This document shows, in pieces, positions 39,418 through 51,189 of a DNA stretch of 64,000 nt (the stretch's first letter is position 1; every line of letters starts with the position of its first letter). Source of the stretch: Negaprion brevirostris (taxonomy: Eukaryota); assembly GCA_030324005.1 (NCBI GenBank), contig JARDVH010000025.1, positions 45,031,504 through 45,095,503 of the forward strand, written 5' to 3'. A program made the position numbers and the translations under genes. Under the pieces are notes generated by a model. That model saw only the letters and a list, made by a program, of their open reading frames with translations. It was not told the DNA's origin and did not search any database.

Positions 39418-40585
39418 CCTTTGTTTAAGAAGGGTAGCAAGAATAATCCAAATTATTACAAGGTGCTGAGCCTTACATCAATGGTAGGGAGAGGATTCTT
39501 CGAGACAGGATTTATTCCCACTTGGAAATAAGTGGACGTATTAGTGAGAGGCAACATGGTTTTGNNNNNNNNNNNNNNNNNNNNNNNNNNNNNNNNNNNN
39601 NNNNNNNNNNNNNNNNNNNNNNNNNNNNNNNNNNNNNNNNNNNNNNNNNNNNNNNNNNNNNNNNACTGGATTGATTAGTAAGTTTGCAGACGACACAAAG
39701 GTTGGTGGATTTTCGGATAGCCATGAGGACCATGAAAGGATACAGCAGGATATAGATTAGTTGGAGACATGAGCAGAGAGATGGCAGATGGAGTTTAATC
39801 CGGACAGATACAGATAGGAAATATAGAGTAATTGGCAGAACCCTTAAAGAGTATTGATGGGCAAAGGGGTCTGAGTGTACAGGTACACAGCTCATTGAAA
39901 ATGCAATGCACATGGAGAAGGTAGTCAAGAAGGTATACTGCATGCTTGCCTTCATCAGCCGGGGTATTGAGTTTAAAAATTGGCAAGTCATGTTGCAGCA
40001 TTATAGAACCTTATTCAGGCCACACTTGGAATATAGTGTTCAATTCTGGTTGCCACACTACCAGAAGGATGTGGAGCCTTTGGAGAGGGTACAGAAAAGA
40101 TTTACCAAGATGTTGCCTGGCATGAAGGGCATTAGCTATGAGGAGAGGTTGGAGAAAGTTAGTTTGTTCTCACTGGAGCGACAGAGTTTGAGGGGAGACC
40201 TGATAGAAGTCTACAAGATTATGAGATGCATGGACAGGGTGGATAGTCAGAAGCTTTTTCCCAGGGTGGAAGAGTCAATTACTAGGGGGCATAGGTTGAA
40301 GGTGCGAGGGGTAAGGTTTAAAAGAGATGTACAAGGCATATTTTTTACACAGAGTTGTGGGTGCCTGGAACTTGTTGCCGGGGAAGGTAGTGGAAGCGGA
40401 TACAGTAGTGACTTTTAAGGGGCATCTTGACAAGTACATGAATAAGATTGGAATAGAGGGATACGGTCCCCAGAAGGGTAGGGTGTTTTAGTAAAGTTGA
40501 GCAGCATAGCAGGTACAGGCATGGAGGGCTGAAGGACCTGTTCCTGTGCTGTAATTTTCTTTGTTCTTTGTTCGTTGTTCTTTGA
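39418..40585 (+). mobile_element. 5'-truncated CR1/HER1 LINE, same subfamily as 52935-54883
   Basis: KFADDTKVGG; ORF 39906-40418 (RPHLEYSVQFW...TRGHRLKV); tail TTTTCTTTGTTCTTTGTTCGTTGTTCTTTG. Confidence 0.93.
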
Positions 40586-41044
40586 TCTAGACTTCATCTG
40601 AACTTCCCTTTCCCCTTCAATTTCTGAGCATTTAAAGCTGAAACTTGGCATTTCCTATACACTATTTCTTCATTGACTTCATCTTGCCTTTTATTTTACC
40701 CAGATCTACTGGTGATCTGTACTATGGCTCTGAACTCTTTCCTTACTTTTCTTTGTAGACATTACTCCTTTATGTAATTCTTAATAATCCAGAGCATTTA
40801 AGCATTACTAAAATTGTCAGACAGAATATACAGGGTAATTTATTAATACAATGTAAAGCAACCAAATCCCATTTGGTATTGCCTTAGCTCAAATCTCCTT
40901 ACTTATTCAGTGCATCCAACATCTTTCATAGCCATTTACACAGCAGTTCTTCCACCTTTGCAGTTTACAATTATTTATTTTGTAAGAAAACAGTGTTTAA
41001 CCTACATCTTATGAATTTCCAATTTAAAACATTTTTTAATTAAC

Positions 41045-41550
41045 CAAACTGCACCATATTTTAGGAAGGATGTGAAAGTCTTAGGGAGAGGATAGGCAGG
41101 TCCAAGAGAATGGTTTTAGAGATGAGAAACTTCAGTTGTGTAGATAAATTGGAAAGGTTGGGGTAGTTCTCCATGGGAAGAGAAGGCTGAGTTAGATTTG
41201 ATAGAGGAATTCAAAATCAGAATTGAGGGGACTGGACAGAGTAGATTGAGAGAAACTGTTCCCATTCTGGAAGAATTGTGAATCAGAGGGCACAGTGTTA
41301 GGGTAATTGGCAAAAGAAACAACAGCGACAAGAGGAAAACTTTTGCACACAGTAAGTGGCTTGACCCAGAATGCACTGTCTGAGAGTGTGGTGGAGGCAG
41401 GTTCAACCGGGGCATTCAAGAGAAAATTGACTTATTATCTGAACAGAGGAATGTGCAAGGCTACGGGGAGAAAGTGGGGAAGTATGAGTCACACAGACAT
41501 GTCAGGCCAAATGGCCTTCTGCTATACTGTAACCATGCTATTATTCTATA
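41045..41550 (+). mobile_element. Old CR1 3' fragment
   Basis: Degenerate RRL..DLIE.FKI, RGH and ESVVEAGS motifs. Confidence 0.7.
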
Positions 41551-41919
41551 TCAGTAGTCATGAGAGTATGTCCCAACAGTCTATAATAAAGAATCTTGAA
41601 AGCTGATAGATTAGATTATCCATTCAGCTTGGTATTGCAAAAAAAGGCATTGGTTTTCATGGACATGCAGTTGGAACATACTCTCCTCAATCTCATTGCA
41701 TTAATTGCCCTCCATAATTTTAAGCAGACATATATTTAATCAGAATAGATGCACCCTGACAATGTTAGCAATGAACTTCACCGGTTCCCTTGTCCGCTGG
41801 ACAAATTTTTGATTTGATTTGATTTGATTTTTCTGTTTTTCTGTAATGAGCTCCTGTGACCATATTTATTATGGACACTGCCTATCCCATGATGTATTTG
41901 CATCAACCCTGGTGAAGAT

Positions 41920-42225
41920 GCAGCACAGTGGTTAACATACTGCCTCACAGTGCCAGAAATGCAGGTTGGATCCCAGCCTTGGGTCACTGTTGGTATGGAG
42001 TTTGCACATTCCCCTTATGTCTGCGTAGCTTTCCTCCGGATGCTACGGTTTCCTCCGACAGCCCAAAGATACGGACTAAGTGGATTGACCATGGAAAATG
42101 TGTGGGGTTACAGGAATAGAGTAGGGGAAAGGGTCTGAGTAAAATACTCAGAGACTATACTTCAGAGAGTGGGTACAGGCTTGATGGACCAAATGGCCTC
42201 CTACTGCACTATAGGGATTCTATGA
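41920..42225 (+). mobile_element. HE1 V-SINE, tail type A (diverged)
   Basis: GCACAGTGGTTAAC head, V domain, and tail ATGGCCTCCTACTGCACTATAGGGATTCTATGA. Confidence 0.85.
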
Positions 42226-42924
42226 TATATCATCGTTAACAACGTAAGGATGCTCGGTGCTATCACTGGTAGGATGGTATCATTAAATTGTTAATACTTT
42301 AGATAGATTGTTCATACTATAAATATGCTCATAGGAATCTGTAATTGAAATATAAAAACGAGAACTAAATATATTGACTTTAAAGTGAGGACTGAAGTAT
42401 GTCTGCGTGCATTGGTCCAGTTAGCACTCCCTGCCTCTAACCCAACTTTATCTGAAGACTGAATTTTCCCTTGGCTCCCCCTCTACAGTGCCATAGGAGA
42501 TAATTTAGTGATATCTGAAATAATCTCAGGAAACCGGTGAGCGATTTCAGACAGAGTGGAAGAAGCTAGTTGAACAAGTTTTGGGGATATTTGAATGAAG
42601 CATTTACTCAAAATTTTTTAATTGTTCTGTGAGACACAGGCATACAGGTTGTGCTGCAATGGTTTGTCATTTCCAGTCATGTAATCTGAGTTGAAGAACA
42701 CATTTTAAAGTTCAGAATCCTTAACGTATAAAATGAATCCGGAATGTTCCGCACAGTTTCATACCTGTATGTTGCTGCTTTAACTTGGGCTTAGAAAGCA
42801 GGATCAGCCAAAAGACCAAGATCTTAAATTGGATAGGATAAGTCACCATCCCACTGGAATTTAAACAAAAATTTATTTTGTAAAGTAAAAGCATTGCATT
42901 CCCTTAATTGTCGCAGATTTACGG

Positions 42925-43262
42925 ATGATCTAATTGATGATTAAAGGACATGGTGGAGTAAATATAGAGAAACAACTTCAGTGGAGGCGAGTGCAGAACA
43001 GGGAGTCTAGCCTTAAAGTTGCAGCTTGACCCATTCAGGGGTATTGTTGGAAAGCACTTGTTTGCACAAAGGATAGTGGTAATCTGCAAACCTCACCCCT
43101 AAATAGTCAATTAAAAATTCTTGTTAGACAAAGGTATTAGGTAGGACTTATGGAACCAAGGCTGCTAAATGGAGTTAAGATGCAGATCTGTCATGATCTA
43201 ATTGATTGGTGGTACAGGCTCAAAGAGCTGAATGGTCTTTTCCTCTTCCTACATTCCTATTA
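42925..43262 (+). mobile_element. Old CR1 3' fragment
   Basis: CR1-type 3' UTR ...AGGCTCAAAGAGCTGAATGG...CTTCCTACATTCCTAT. Confidence 0.6.
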
Positions 43263-43483
43263 CCTCTCATTGGGAGTTTATGCTCTGTTATTGATTTTAC
43301 TATGACACTTGATAGCTAATTTGCTCCCCAATAAATTAGGCTTTATAATGATGTTAGAATTGAAAGAANNNNNNNNNNNNNNNNNNNNNNNNNNNNNNNN
43401 NNNNNNNNNNNNNNNNNNNNNNNNNNNNNNNNNCCCTTGAGACTGTTCAACCTGTAACTTATTCTCCTTGAATTTTCCTATAG

Positions 43484-43647
43484 GAACACGAATGGTGAGC
43501 CCTGGGGCCTTACGAAAGCTGCTACAGTTCTGTAAGGAGCTCTGTCTGCTAGACGTTTCCTTCTGTTCCCAGATTGATAGTCGAGTGGTGCAAGAACTGA
43601 GTGCCAACTTTCCAAATGTGTCAATTAAGAAGAGTTACACCCAGTGA
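43484..43647 (+). CDS. FBXL4: FBXL4 last coding exon with stop codon
   Basis: ttttcctatag acceptor; (G)[56 protein letters not shown], matching the FBXL4 C-terminus. Confidence 0.96.
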
Positions 43648-44324
43648 CCCAAGCTTACTGTTTCTCCTTGCCCAAAGTGACTAATCAGTTCTCTTGTCCT
43701 GTTTTGGTTTCTGGGGTTTAACAAAATGAATCTTAATTCAAAAGCTTAATTCCTTTGCCATTTGGCACCATTCCCACTGCAGTCCTTCATCCTGGGAAGA
43801 TGCCAAAAGGTGTAATTATTGCAGTCGATGCAGAGTTGATCTGGGCTCTCACAACTAAATTAATGATGACAATGTGAAATGAATGAGTTAAAGTGGAGGT
43901 TTGCAAGGAACCGGACATGAGTTTTTCTCATCACTCAGTAAGTACATAAAGATAATGTACAGTAAACAGATCTGTCCTTAATTGTATTTTTACTACCATA
44001 TATTGCTTCAGTAAAAATTAAAATAGCTGAGGAACTTCCTCCTTCCTCAAACATATATTTTTTAAATGCCACAAGATTTTATACTTCCCAGTTATGGAGT
44101 AGTTTAATAGAATGGGTGTGAAGCAGAGTGAATAGAAAGGAAGTTTAGACAGAAGGTGGTGGTGCATTGTTTGAAAGCTTGCATTGAGAACCTGTTTTGC
44201 ATTCTGACAATTAGATTGTTCACTGGGCAAAGTATCTCAAGAATGGTGTGCCTGCTACAAGTTAAAACTTCCAGTGCACATTACAGTGCTGAAGATGAAA
44301 CATCTTGGTGCATTGTCAACTGAC

Positions 44325-44672
44325 CCCCCCCCCAAGTTGAGGATGACGTCTACTCAGGGTCGCTAGTTTTTGTCATAGGATTTCATGTGATTGAACAGGC
44401 CAGTTTCAACTTTGGGCACATGGGTTAGGAGGTTCCATGAGGTAGTGGGATCCAGAGTGCAAGATTTGCTTCCTTTTCTTTCCCCCCTGCCACTCTTGTG
44501 CCTCATCATTAAGATGCTGGGAACTCGAAGCGTGATACAACTTGATGGACAAGTTATATTCTAAATGACTGGTGGTAAGCTCCAGTCATTTAAGTCAATG
44601 CTGCCACGCTTCAAGGCGAACATTAGTACTTTCATTATCGCCCGCTGGAACGTGGCCATTTGAGAGTTGAGT
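44325..44672 (-). mobile_element. Possible RTE-clade LINE 3' fragment
   Basis: The minus strand gives degenerate QLSNG.R...LKRGSID..W, resembling an RTE C-terminus. Confidence 0.4.
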
Positions 44673-45424
44673 TGATATGGCCAAACTTTTAATCAACTTT
44701 TGACGGAAATCTTTTGAAAGGTGACTACACTGATATTTCACACCACATTATCCCTGTACAGAATTCTTTTACCCATGTTGTGGGATCGAATGCTTTAGAA
44801 CAATAAATTTATGCATGCTACCTTTTCTCTTGACAATGCTTGAAAATAAGTTTGATTTTCTTTATTAATGCAGGTAGAAAAACCTGATGCAAGATTAGAA
44901 TACAAAGAATTTGAGTTAAAGATATGAAATGTATTCTTAGATAATCTGAAATGTTTATTTCATAATTATTTAGTTAATATTTAAAAAGATGCTGGCTCGG
45001 TGTCTCAAAACTGGCTATCTGAAAATCCATGATGTCTGAGAATTGGACATTTTTTCAAAGCTGTAATCACCTGACTTTTCCTCTTCACTGATATCTTTCG
45101 TCTAACTGTAAGGCTGGAAATTCCTTGGAGCTTCTCCCATCCCACATCAACATGTCATTGAAGTGCAGCAGGAACCCCATTTACAGAACTACTGCTATGC
45201 TTCCAGCAATGTAACACTGACGGATCTAAAGCAACTCCACAGAATTTCCTTGGCTGGTTTTGCAGCATGGACTCTTGTTTCTTTCAAAGTTGCCCTTTGC
45301 AATTCTTACTTGGAAAAACATACTGTCAACACACTGCATAACTTACCTGGCCCGAACTGCTTTATTCAAAAACCAGCAAGCTCCAAAATTCGGTATGGGC
45401 CATGTACTAAGATTGCTGGCTTTA

Positions 45425-45890
45425 GAGTAAGAGAACTTTACAGAAAGAGCTCCTTCGGCCCAGCAAGCCTGTGCCAACCATCAAGCACCTAATCCCATTT
45501 TCCATCACTTGTCTGAAACCTTGTATGCTATGGCATTTCAGGTGCTCATGTAAATGCTTGTTAAATGTTGAAGTGTTCCCGTCTCTACCACCCTTTCAAG
45601 CAGTGAATTCCAGATTGCTACCACCCTCTAAACCTTAAATCTATGCCCCCTGGTGGTTGATCCCTTAGTAAACTTTCCCTTAGTAAAGGGGAAAAGTTTC
45701 TTCCTCTCTACCCCATCTGTGACCCTTATAATGTAGTACACCTCAATTAGCAGCCCCCCCCCCCCGCTCCCCCCCAGCCTTCTGAGGAAAACAACCCCAG
45801 CCTAACCAGCCTCTCTTCATACCTGAAACACCCCAGCCCAGGCAACATGCTGGTCAATTTCCTCTTCACTCTCTCTTCTGCAGTGAGATA
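45425..45890 (-). mobile_element. CR1 3' fragment
   Basis: CCTTCGGCCCAGCAAGCCTGTGCC 3' stem, and the reverse complement of the RL.RLGLFS motif. Confidence 0.75.
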
Positions 45891-46062
45891 TTGTATCTGT
45901 AATTTCTATTTTGATTCTTCCTTCCCATTTTGATTATGGGTGAAAATATATTTTGCAATGGATAAGAGTTGCTTAGAACTTGAATGCTATATAAAATTAT
46001 AGTTATGCCAGCATTCGCCAAATCAGGAACAAATTTTGACTTTAAAAGAATGGCTCCAGTCA

Positions 46063-46232
46063 GGAGCAAAATACTGTGGATGCTGGAAATACTTGGCAAG
46101 ACAGGAGTCATCTGTGGAGGGAGATGTTTCAGATCAATGATGAGAGGTCATCGACCTGAAATGTTAACTCTGTTTCACTCTTCACATATGCTGCCTGACC
46201 TGCTGAGTATTTCAAAAACGTTCTGTTTTTAT
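46063..46232. repeat. Palindromic Penelope-like repeat with a hammerhead-like core
   Basis: Inverted arms; internal ATGATGA-G-AGGTC-ATC-GACCT-GAAA at 46137-46161. Confidence 0.6.
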
Positions 46233-46871
46233 TATAGCTTAAATCAGGGATTTACTTATCAGATTTACATATGTGTATATTTGTTTTGAAAAGACAGTTT
46301 TCACTGAATATGGACTTATTTGCACAATAAATTAAATAAATGTGAAATATTATTTAATATATGTCTTGGCCAACCTCTGATCTCCTGTATAATGCTCAGG
46401 TGTTAATTGCCCAATTTTTCCACAAAGTCCTCAGATTGTGGACAGTTATTTAACAGCAAAGTCAAGAATACCTCTAAATGAAGATAAAACAGCAATCCTG
46501 TTTCAGATCACTTCCTGATGCCTGTTTTGTTTACAATCCATGTTGTTTTAGTTCAGGTGGGTTTTTCCTTGTCTGACAGCTGTTGCCAGTGTGAATGGTA
46601 ATGTGGTCCTTTGTGTATTTAATCTCTGATAGTGCTCACACAAGAGAATTAAGACTGTCATCGTGCAAGTGCAGGTTTATGAAAGAACTAAACTGAAATC
46701 GATTTCTGGGAAATTCAAAATAATGCCCACAGGTATTTAGATGACCCACTGAAGTCATGTTATAATGACTTTAAAATGTAGTGGTAAGAGTATATGATGA
46801 CATTTACATGCTACTTTTAAATTACCAGTAACCTTAAATTCTCAGCAGTGTATATAAAGTTGACAAAAAAA

Positions 46872-46907
46872 CTTCTCGGCCTCTTGGTTAAGATCAAGTG
46901 TAGTATC
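46872..46907 (+). pseudogene. U2 snRNA 5' fragment (stem I and branch-point recognition sequence GTAGTA)
   Basis: CTTCTCGGCCTCTTGGTTAAGATCAAGTGTAGTATC versus U2 CTTCTCGGCCTTTTGGCTAAGATCAAGTGTAGTATC; the rest of U2 is absent. Confidence 0.92.
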
Positions 46908-47270
46908 GACATGCTGTACTTGATTGAAGTCATTAGGTTACATTTCAGCTTCTTTTGAAGCAATTTTTTAAAGCAGCATCTCGGCCTTTTGGCGAAGATG
47001 CAAATTAGATCAAGCCTTGGAGGTGGAGCTACACCTACTCCAATCAGCTTGGATCATGTAGGTCAAGCCCANNNNNNNNNNNNNNNNNNNNNNNNNNNNN
47101 NNNNNNNNNNNNNNNNNNNNNNNNNNNNNNNNNNNNNNNNNNNNNNNNNNNNNNNNNNNNNNNNNNNNNNNGCCCTGTCTTGTCAGCTTGGATCGGGAAT
47201 GTCCTAACTTGTTGGGACTCTGAATTGGCTTTAATTTGACTTGATTGGGCCGGAATAAAATTTTTTAAAA
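46872..47270 (+). mobile_element. U2 snRNA-headed retroposed insertion (candidate SINEU-like element)
   Basis: 46872-46907 matches U2 nt 5-40 at 34/36, and a second U2 5' module lies at 46976-47014. AATAAA at 47254 is followed by a T/A-rich tail. Flanking direct repeat AAAGTTGA(C/T)AAA at 46856-46867 and 47271-47282. A 100-N gap lies inside the element. Confidence 0.8.
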
Positions 47271-48498
47271 AAAGTTGATAAACATATTGAACTATTTTAA
47301 AAAAGAACTTCCCTTCCTACAATGAGTAATGTTTTGCACATAATGCCAATAAGAAATTGCCACCAAAATCCTTTATAATTTACTTACCGTTAAAAACAAT
47401 AGAAATGAAGAAGGCAGGAAAACTGTTTTGTCCCAAAATGTTAACTTCTTTCTACACCTGCTTGTACCAGTTGTACTTTGAATGTGAGTCATCAATACAG
47501 ATACTTAAAAGAACAGTCTTCTGCATTCATTTTCTTAAAATATGTTTCCAGGTTTCAAAATATTCTGTAAAATGTCTTGTTTAAATGTTACTGTAAGGTA
47601 CAGTGTTTTGGAAATCTATTTAGTTTGTGTAAAGTATTGGATTGCAATCTGTTTTCTAAGCCAAGTACATATTGTTGACAGCTATAATTTTCTTAGATCT
47701 GCTGTTTGCATTAAGAAAAAAATGACTGGTCTATAAAGCTGGATCTTTACAAATAATCAGCATTAATTTAGTTACTTTGCTAACTTAAGGGGTTCTCTCC
47801 AACCACGCCCCCCCCACCCCTTGGAAGATGTGTGCAAATCTTGAGCAGAATAAAGAACTTACAATATAACAGGATGCTGATTTTAATCCTACAAATGTTT
47901 TTGCAATCTGTGGTGTGGAAATGAGCAAGCTATATGTTTTTTTTATCAGAAAGAAAGAAAGGTGTTATGAAAATATTATTCATTTGTCCAACCTTGTGAA
48001 ATCACTGATGCTTAAAGAAAGCTTTTGGANNNNNNNNNNGTTTTCAGCTCTGGCACCTAATTGGGTCCCGCAAGAACCCTGTAATGCTCAAAACTAGAAT
48101 ATCTTAAGATTGATCTTAAATGTTGTAATCTATGTTGTTCCCCTTCCTCTCAAAGGACGCCAGTAAACTAGTCTATCGTTGTCTCTTTAATTTTGTTGTT
48201 TGTTTATTTAGCCTTGTATATGAACTAGTGAATTGATTCATTCGAAAAAGAGGAGGGGGATAGTTTTTGTTAATTATGTTTATGATGTTCGTATTGCTTA
48301 TCTGTGACAACATTGACCAATGAACTTTTGACTTGGAGATTGGAAAGGGATAAATTTGTTTTTTCTAAATAGATGAAGGAAATCTGATGGGGAGGTGGAT
48401 GATGGAGAGGTGGGTGGGTATATCATCAGAGGTGTCTGTCAGACTTTGAGCATAGGGATTCATGTTCCGATTGCAAGGAAGTAGAAACTTCTAATTAT

Positions 48499-48830
48499 AG
48501 GCGGCACGGTAGCACAGTGATTAGCATTGCTGCTTCACAGCTCCAGGGACCTGGGTTCAATTCCCGACTTGGATCACTGTCTGTGTGGAGTTTGCACATT
48601 CCCCTCTTGTCTGCATGGGTTTCCTCCGGATGCTCCGGTTTCCTCCCACAGTCCAAAGATGTGCAGGTTAGGTTGATTGGTCATGCTAACATTGCCCCTT
48701 AGTGTCCTGAGATGTGCAGGTTAGAGGGATGAGTGGGTAAATTATAAAGGGATAAGGGAGTGGGATTGTGATTGGTATAGACTCGATGGGCTGAATGGCC
48801 TCTTACTGTACTGTAGGGATTCTATTTCTA
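48499..48830 (+). mobile_element. HE1 V-SINE, tail type A, full length
   Basis: GGCGGCACGGTAGCACAGTG head, GGTTCAATTCCC B box, V domain and CR1-type tail. Confidence 0.92.
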
Positions 48831-50929
48831 AAAAAAAATTAAAAGATTTACAGGAGACATGTTGTTCTGCAGAATTAGGCTTTGTAGGCTTTTATTTGTT
48901 GCCAGAATTCCAAAACACTTCTTGTATTTTAGGCAGTTTCTTTTTAAAGTTCTGATACATCTGAGCAACCTTGGCTAAATGTGTTGGAATTAACACATTT
49001 CCTTTATAGCATTGTTATTTAAACCTTCTCAAGGTGAATGACACACTACTCGGGAATCAGTGTAGCACATGCTGTCAGGGCCCTAGAGTGCATTTCAGCA
49101 AAAAATATGCCTTCAGCCCACCCTATCCTGCTGACCATCTGCTTTTGGTTGGACGAGTCACAAATTTACATGGTGGCTGGAGATCACACAAAGGGTTGAC
49201 AACCTGTTTTCCTACTCATCCAGCTGAAGAAACAATGCATCGGGGTAAAATAATTGCAGATGGAAGAAGTTCTTCTTGCTATTGATTTACCTTAGTTACC
49301 ACACCAAGCGTATTATCTGACCATTTTTAAACTTAAAATACAACTTCCTGTTGAATTTTAGTTTACATTAGATTGCACTATATCTGCAAATGCATTTTGT
49401 AGAAACAGTAAATTGACTTTAACACTGATTTGTGCAGTGTGTTAACAAATCTAGTCACTTTTTAATGAATTGTATTTTTGAAGGCTTGTTATAATGCAAA
49501 ACCATCCCTATAATTATTTACATAAAAGTAAGTTTGTGTTTGATGCTTAAGAAAGTCGTTATTTTTATAAATATTTCTTGTATAAATAAAATCTTTCAAT
49601 GCTACCATCTAATTATAAGGGTGCTATTTATTATTCCATGGGTGCAGTTTCACAATTCTCCATTCACCGCTTTGCTGTTGTAATTGCTAATTGTGACCTT
49701 GATTGTAAAGCCTCATGCTGCCTGATATTAAATGCAACAAGTGTACTTCATTAAAAATAGGATTTTGAATAAATAAAGGCAAGTAGATATTGGAAAGAAA
49801 GGTCTCGAGATCGTTTACTTCTAAATGAATGTGCCAAAAGGCTTCATTCAAAGATTGACAGCAACCCTAATAAGAAGCTTTAAAGTGGATTTAAAAACCT
49901 ATTTTAAGTAAAGGCATACAAAGATGCAGTTGTTCAGGCCAGAAGCAAACCTTGATTCCCAATGTCGTGATCAAAGTAGCTTCTGAGTTTACACAGGCAT
50001 TGGGGGATGTTTTACTGGTGGCAGCCAATTAAGAGGCTGCTATCCCCCCCATTAAGGACAAACCCAGCCTCTCCTAGCTGCCGGCCCAATCAGAGGGCCA
50101 GTAACTTTGCACTCTCGGCAATGGTACCAACAGAGACAGGTGCTGCCAAGGTTGCAGGGAGAGGGTTGGGTTACTGAATGTCCAGGTGCCTGGGCAGACT
50201 GCTCCCGATGATCAAATAGGTAAACACTCAGGCAGTGCTGAGCTTTAAGGTTGACTGTGGAACAGTCTGAAAAGAATTCCTCCACTCCCTTACCGTCCGG
50301 GGAAAACCATGGGGTGGGGAGCTGTTCTCACGTTCATAAAATGGCTATCACCAGGCTGATTAATTGGCCACCTCTCTCTGGTTGGATTCAATTCAGGCAT
50401 TTCATAATGTGGCAGGAAGACACTGTGATCACCTCCCCGCCCCCATGTGACACCATCACTGCCATTTTACCACACCTCCCACCTCTCAGCCTGCCTCCAA
50501 AGGCTGGTAAAGTTTGGACCATGAAAGTGACATCAAAACTGTCCACTATGTTGCTGAGATAAAGTGTGATGCTGGGTGTTAAAATTGTTCTGGAAGTCCA
50601 TTGGATTTCAGAGCACTTTCAAACCTTCCTACAATGTATTTCTAATGTTATGAAAGTGTCGCTATTCCTGGTCACGTTCCAAAGACATTCAGATTTTATA
50701 TTCCTGTTTCAGCATTGGGATGGGCCAGTGCACCTGATGTAAACTGTGCTGAAACAGACTCTCATTTATCTATATTTCCTGTCCCAAGCCAAACCCCAGA
50801 GTCTTTTCTGTGCAGGTTTCCTCTCTGGCTGATGTCACCGCCAGAACCAGAACTGGAAGCTCAGAATCTTCTCACTGAGCAAAAACAGCCACAAGATCTG
50901 AAGATCCACTACTAAAGTTTTTGCTTAAA

Positions 50930-51172
50930 TGTTTAAGTGTTTATTTATTAGTGTCACAAATAGCTTACATTAACACTGCAGTGAAGTTACTGTGAAAATC
51001 CCCTAGTTGCCACATTCTGGCACTTGTTCGGGTACACTGAGGGAGAATTTAACATGGCCAATGCACCTAACCAGGCCATCTTTTAGACTGTGGGAGAAAA
51101 CTGGAGCACCTGGAGGAAACCCATGCAGACATGGGGAGAACATGCAGGCTCCCCACAGACAGTGACCCAAGC
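50930..51172 (-). mobile_element. V-SINE, tail type B, 5' head missing
   Basis: V domain and type-B tail on the minus strand; the sequence stops before the B box. Confidence 0.85.
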
Positions 51173-51189
51173 CAGATCACCTCAAGCGT

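Larger units (their letters stand above)
43648..49610 (+). other. FBXL4: Probable FBXL4 3' UTR / downstream region; true end unknown
   Basis: Follows the stop codon. AATAAA candidates near 44802, 46326, 47254 and 49584; the site actually used cannot be determined from sequence. Confidence 0.35.

Noticed and set aside
46872-46907. Functional U2 snRNA gene
   Set aside because: Only nt 5-40 are present. Stem II, the canonical Sm site and the 3' stems are missing, and the upstream flank is a TSD with no recognisable PSE.
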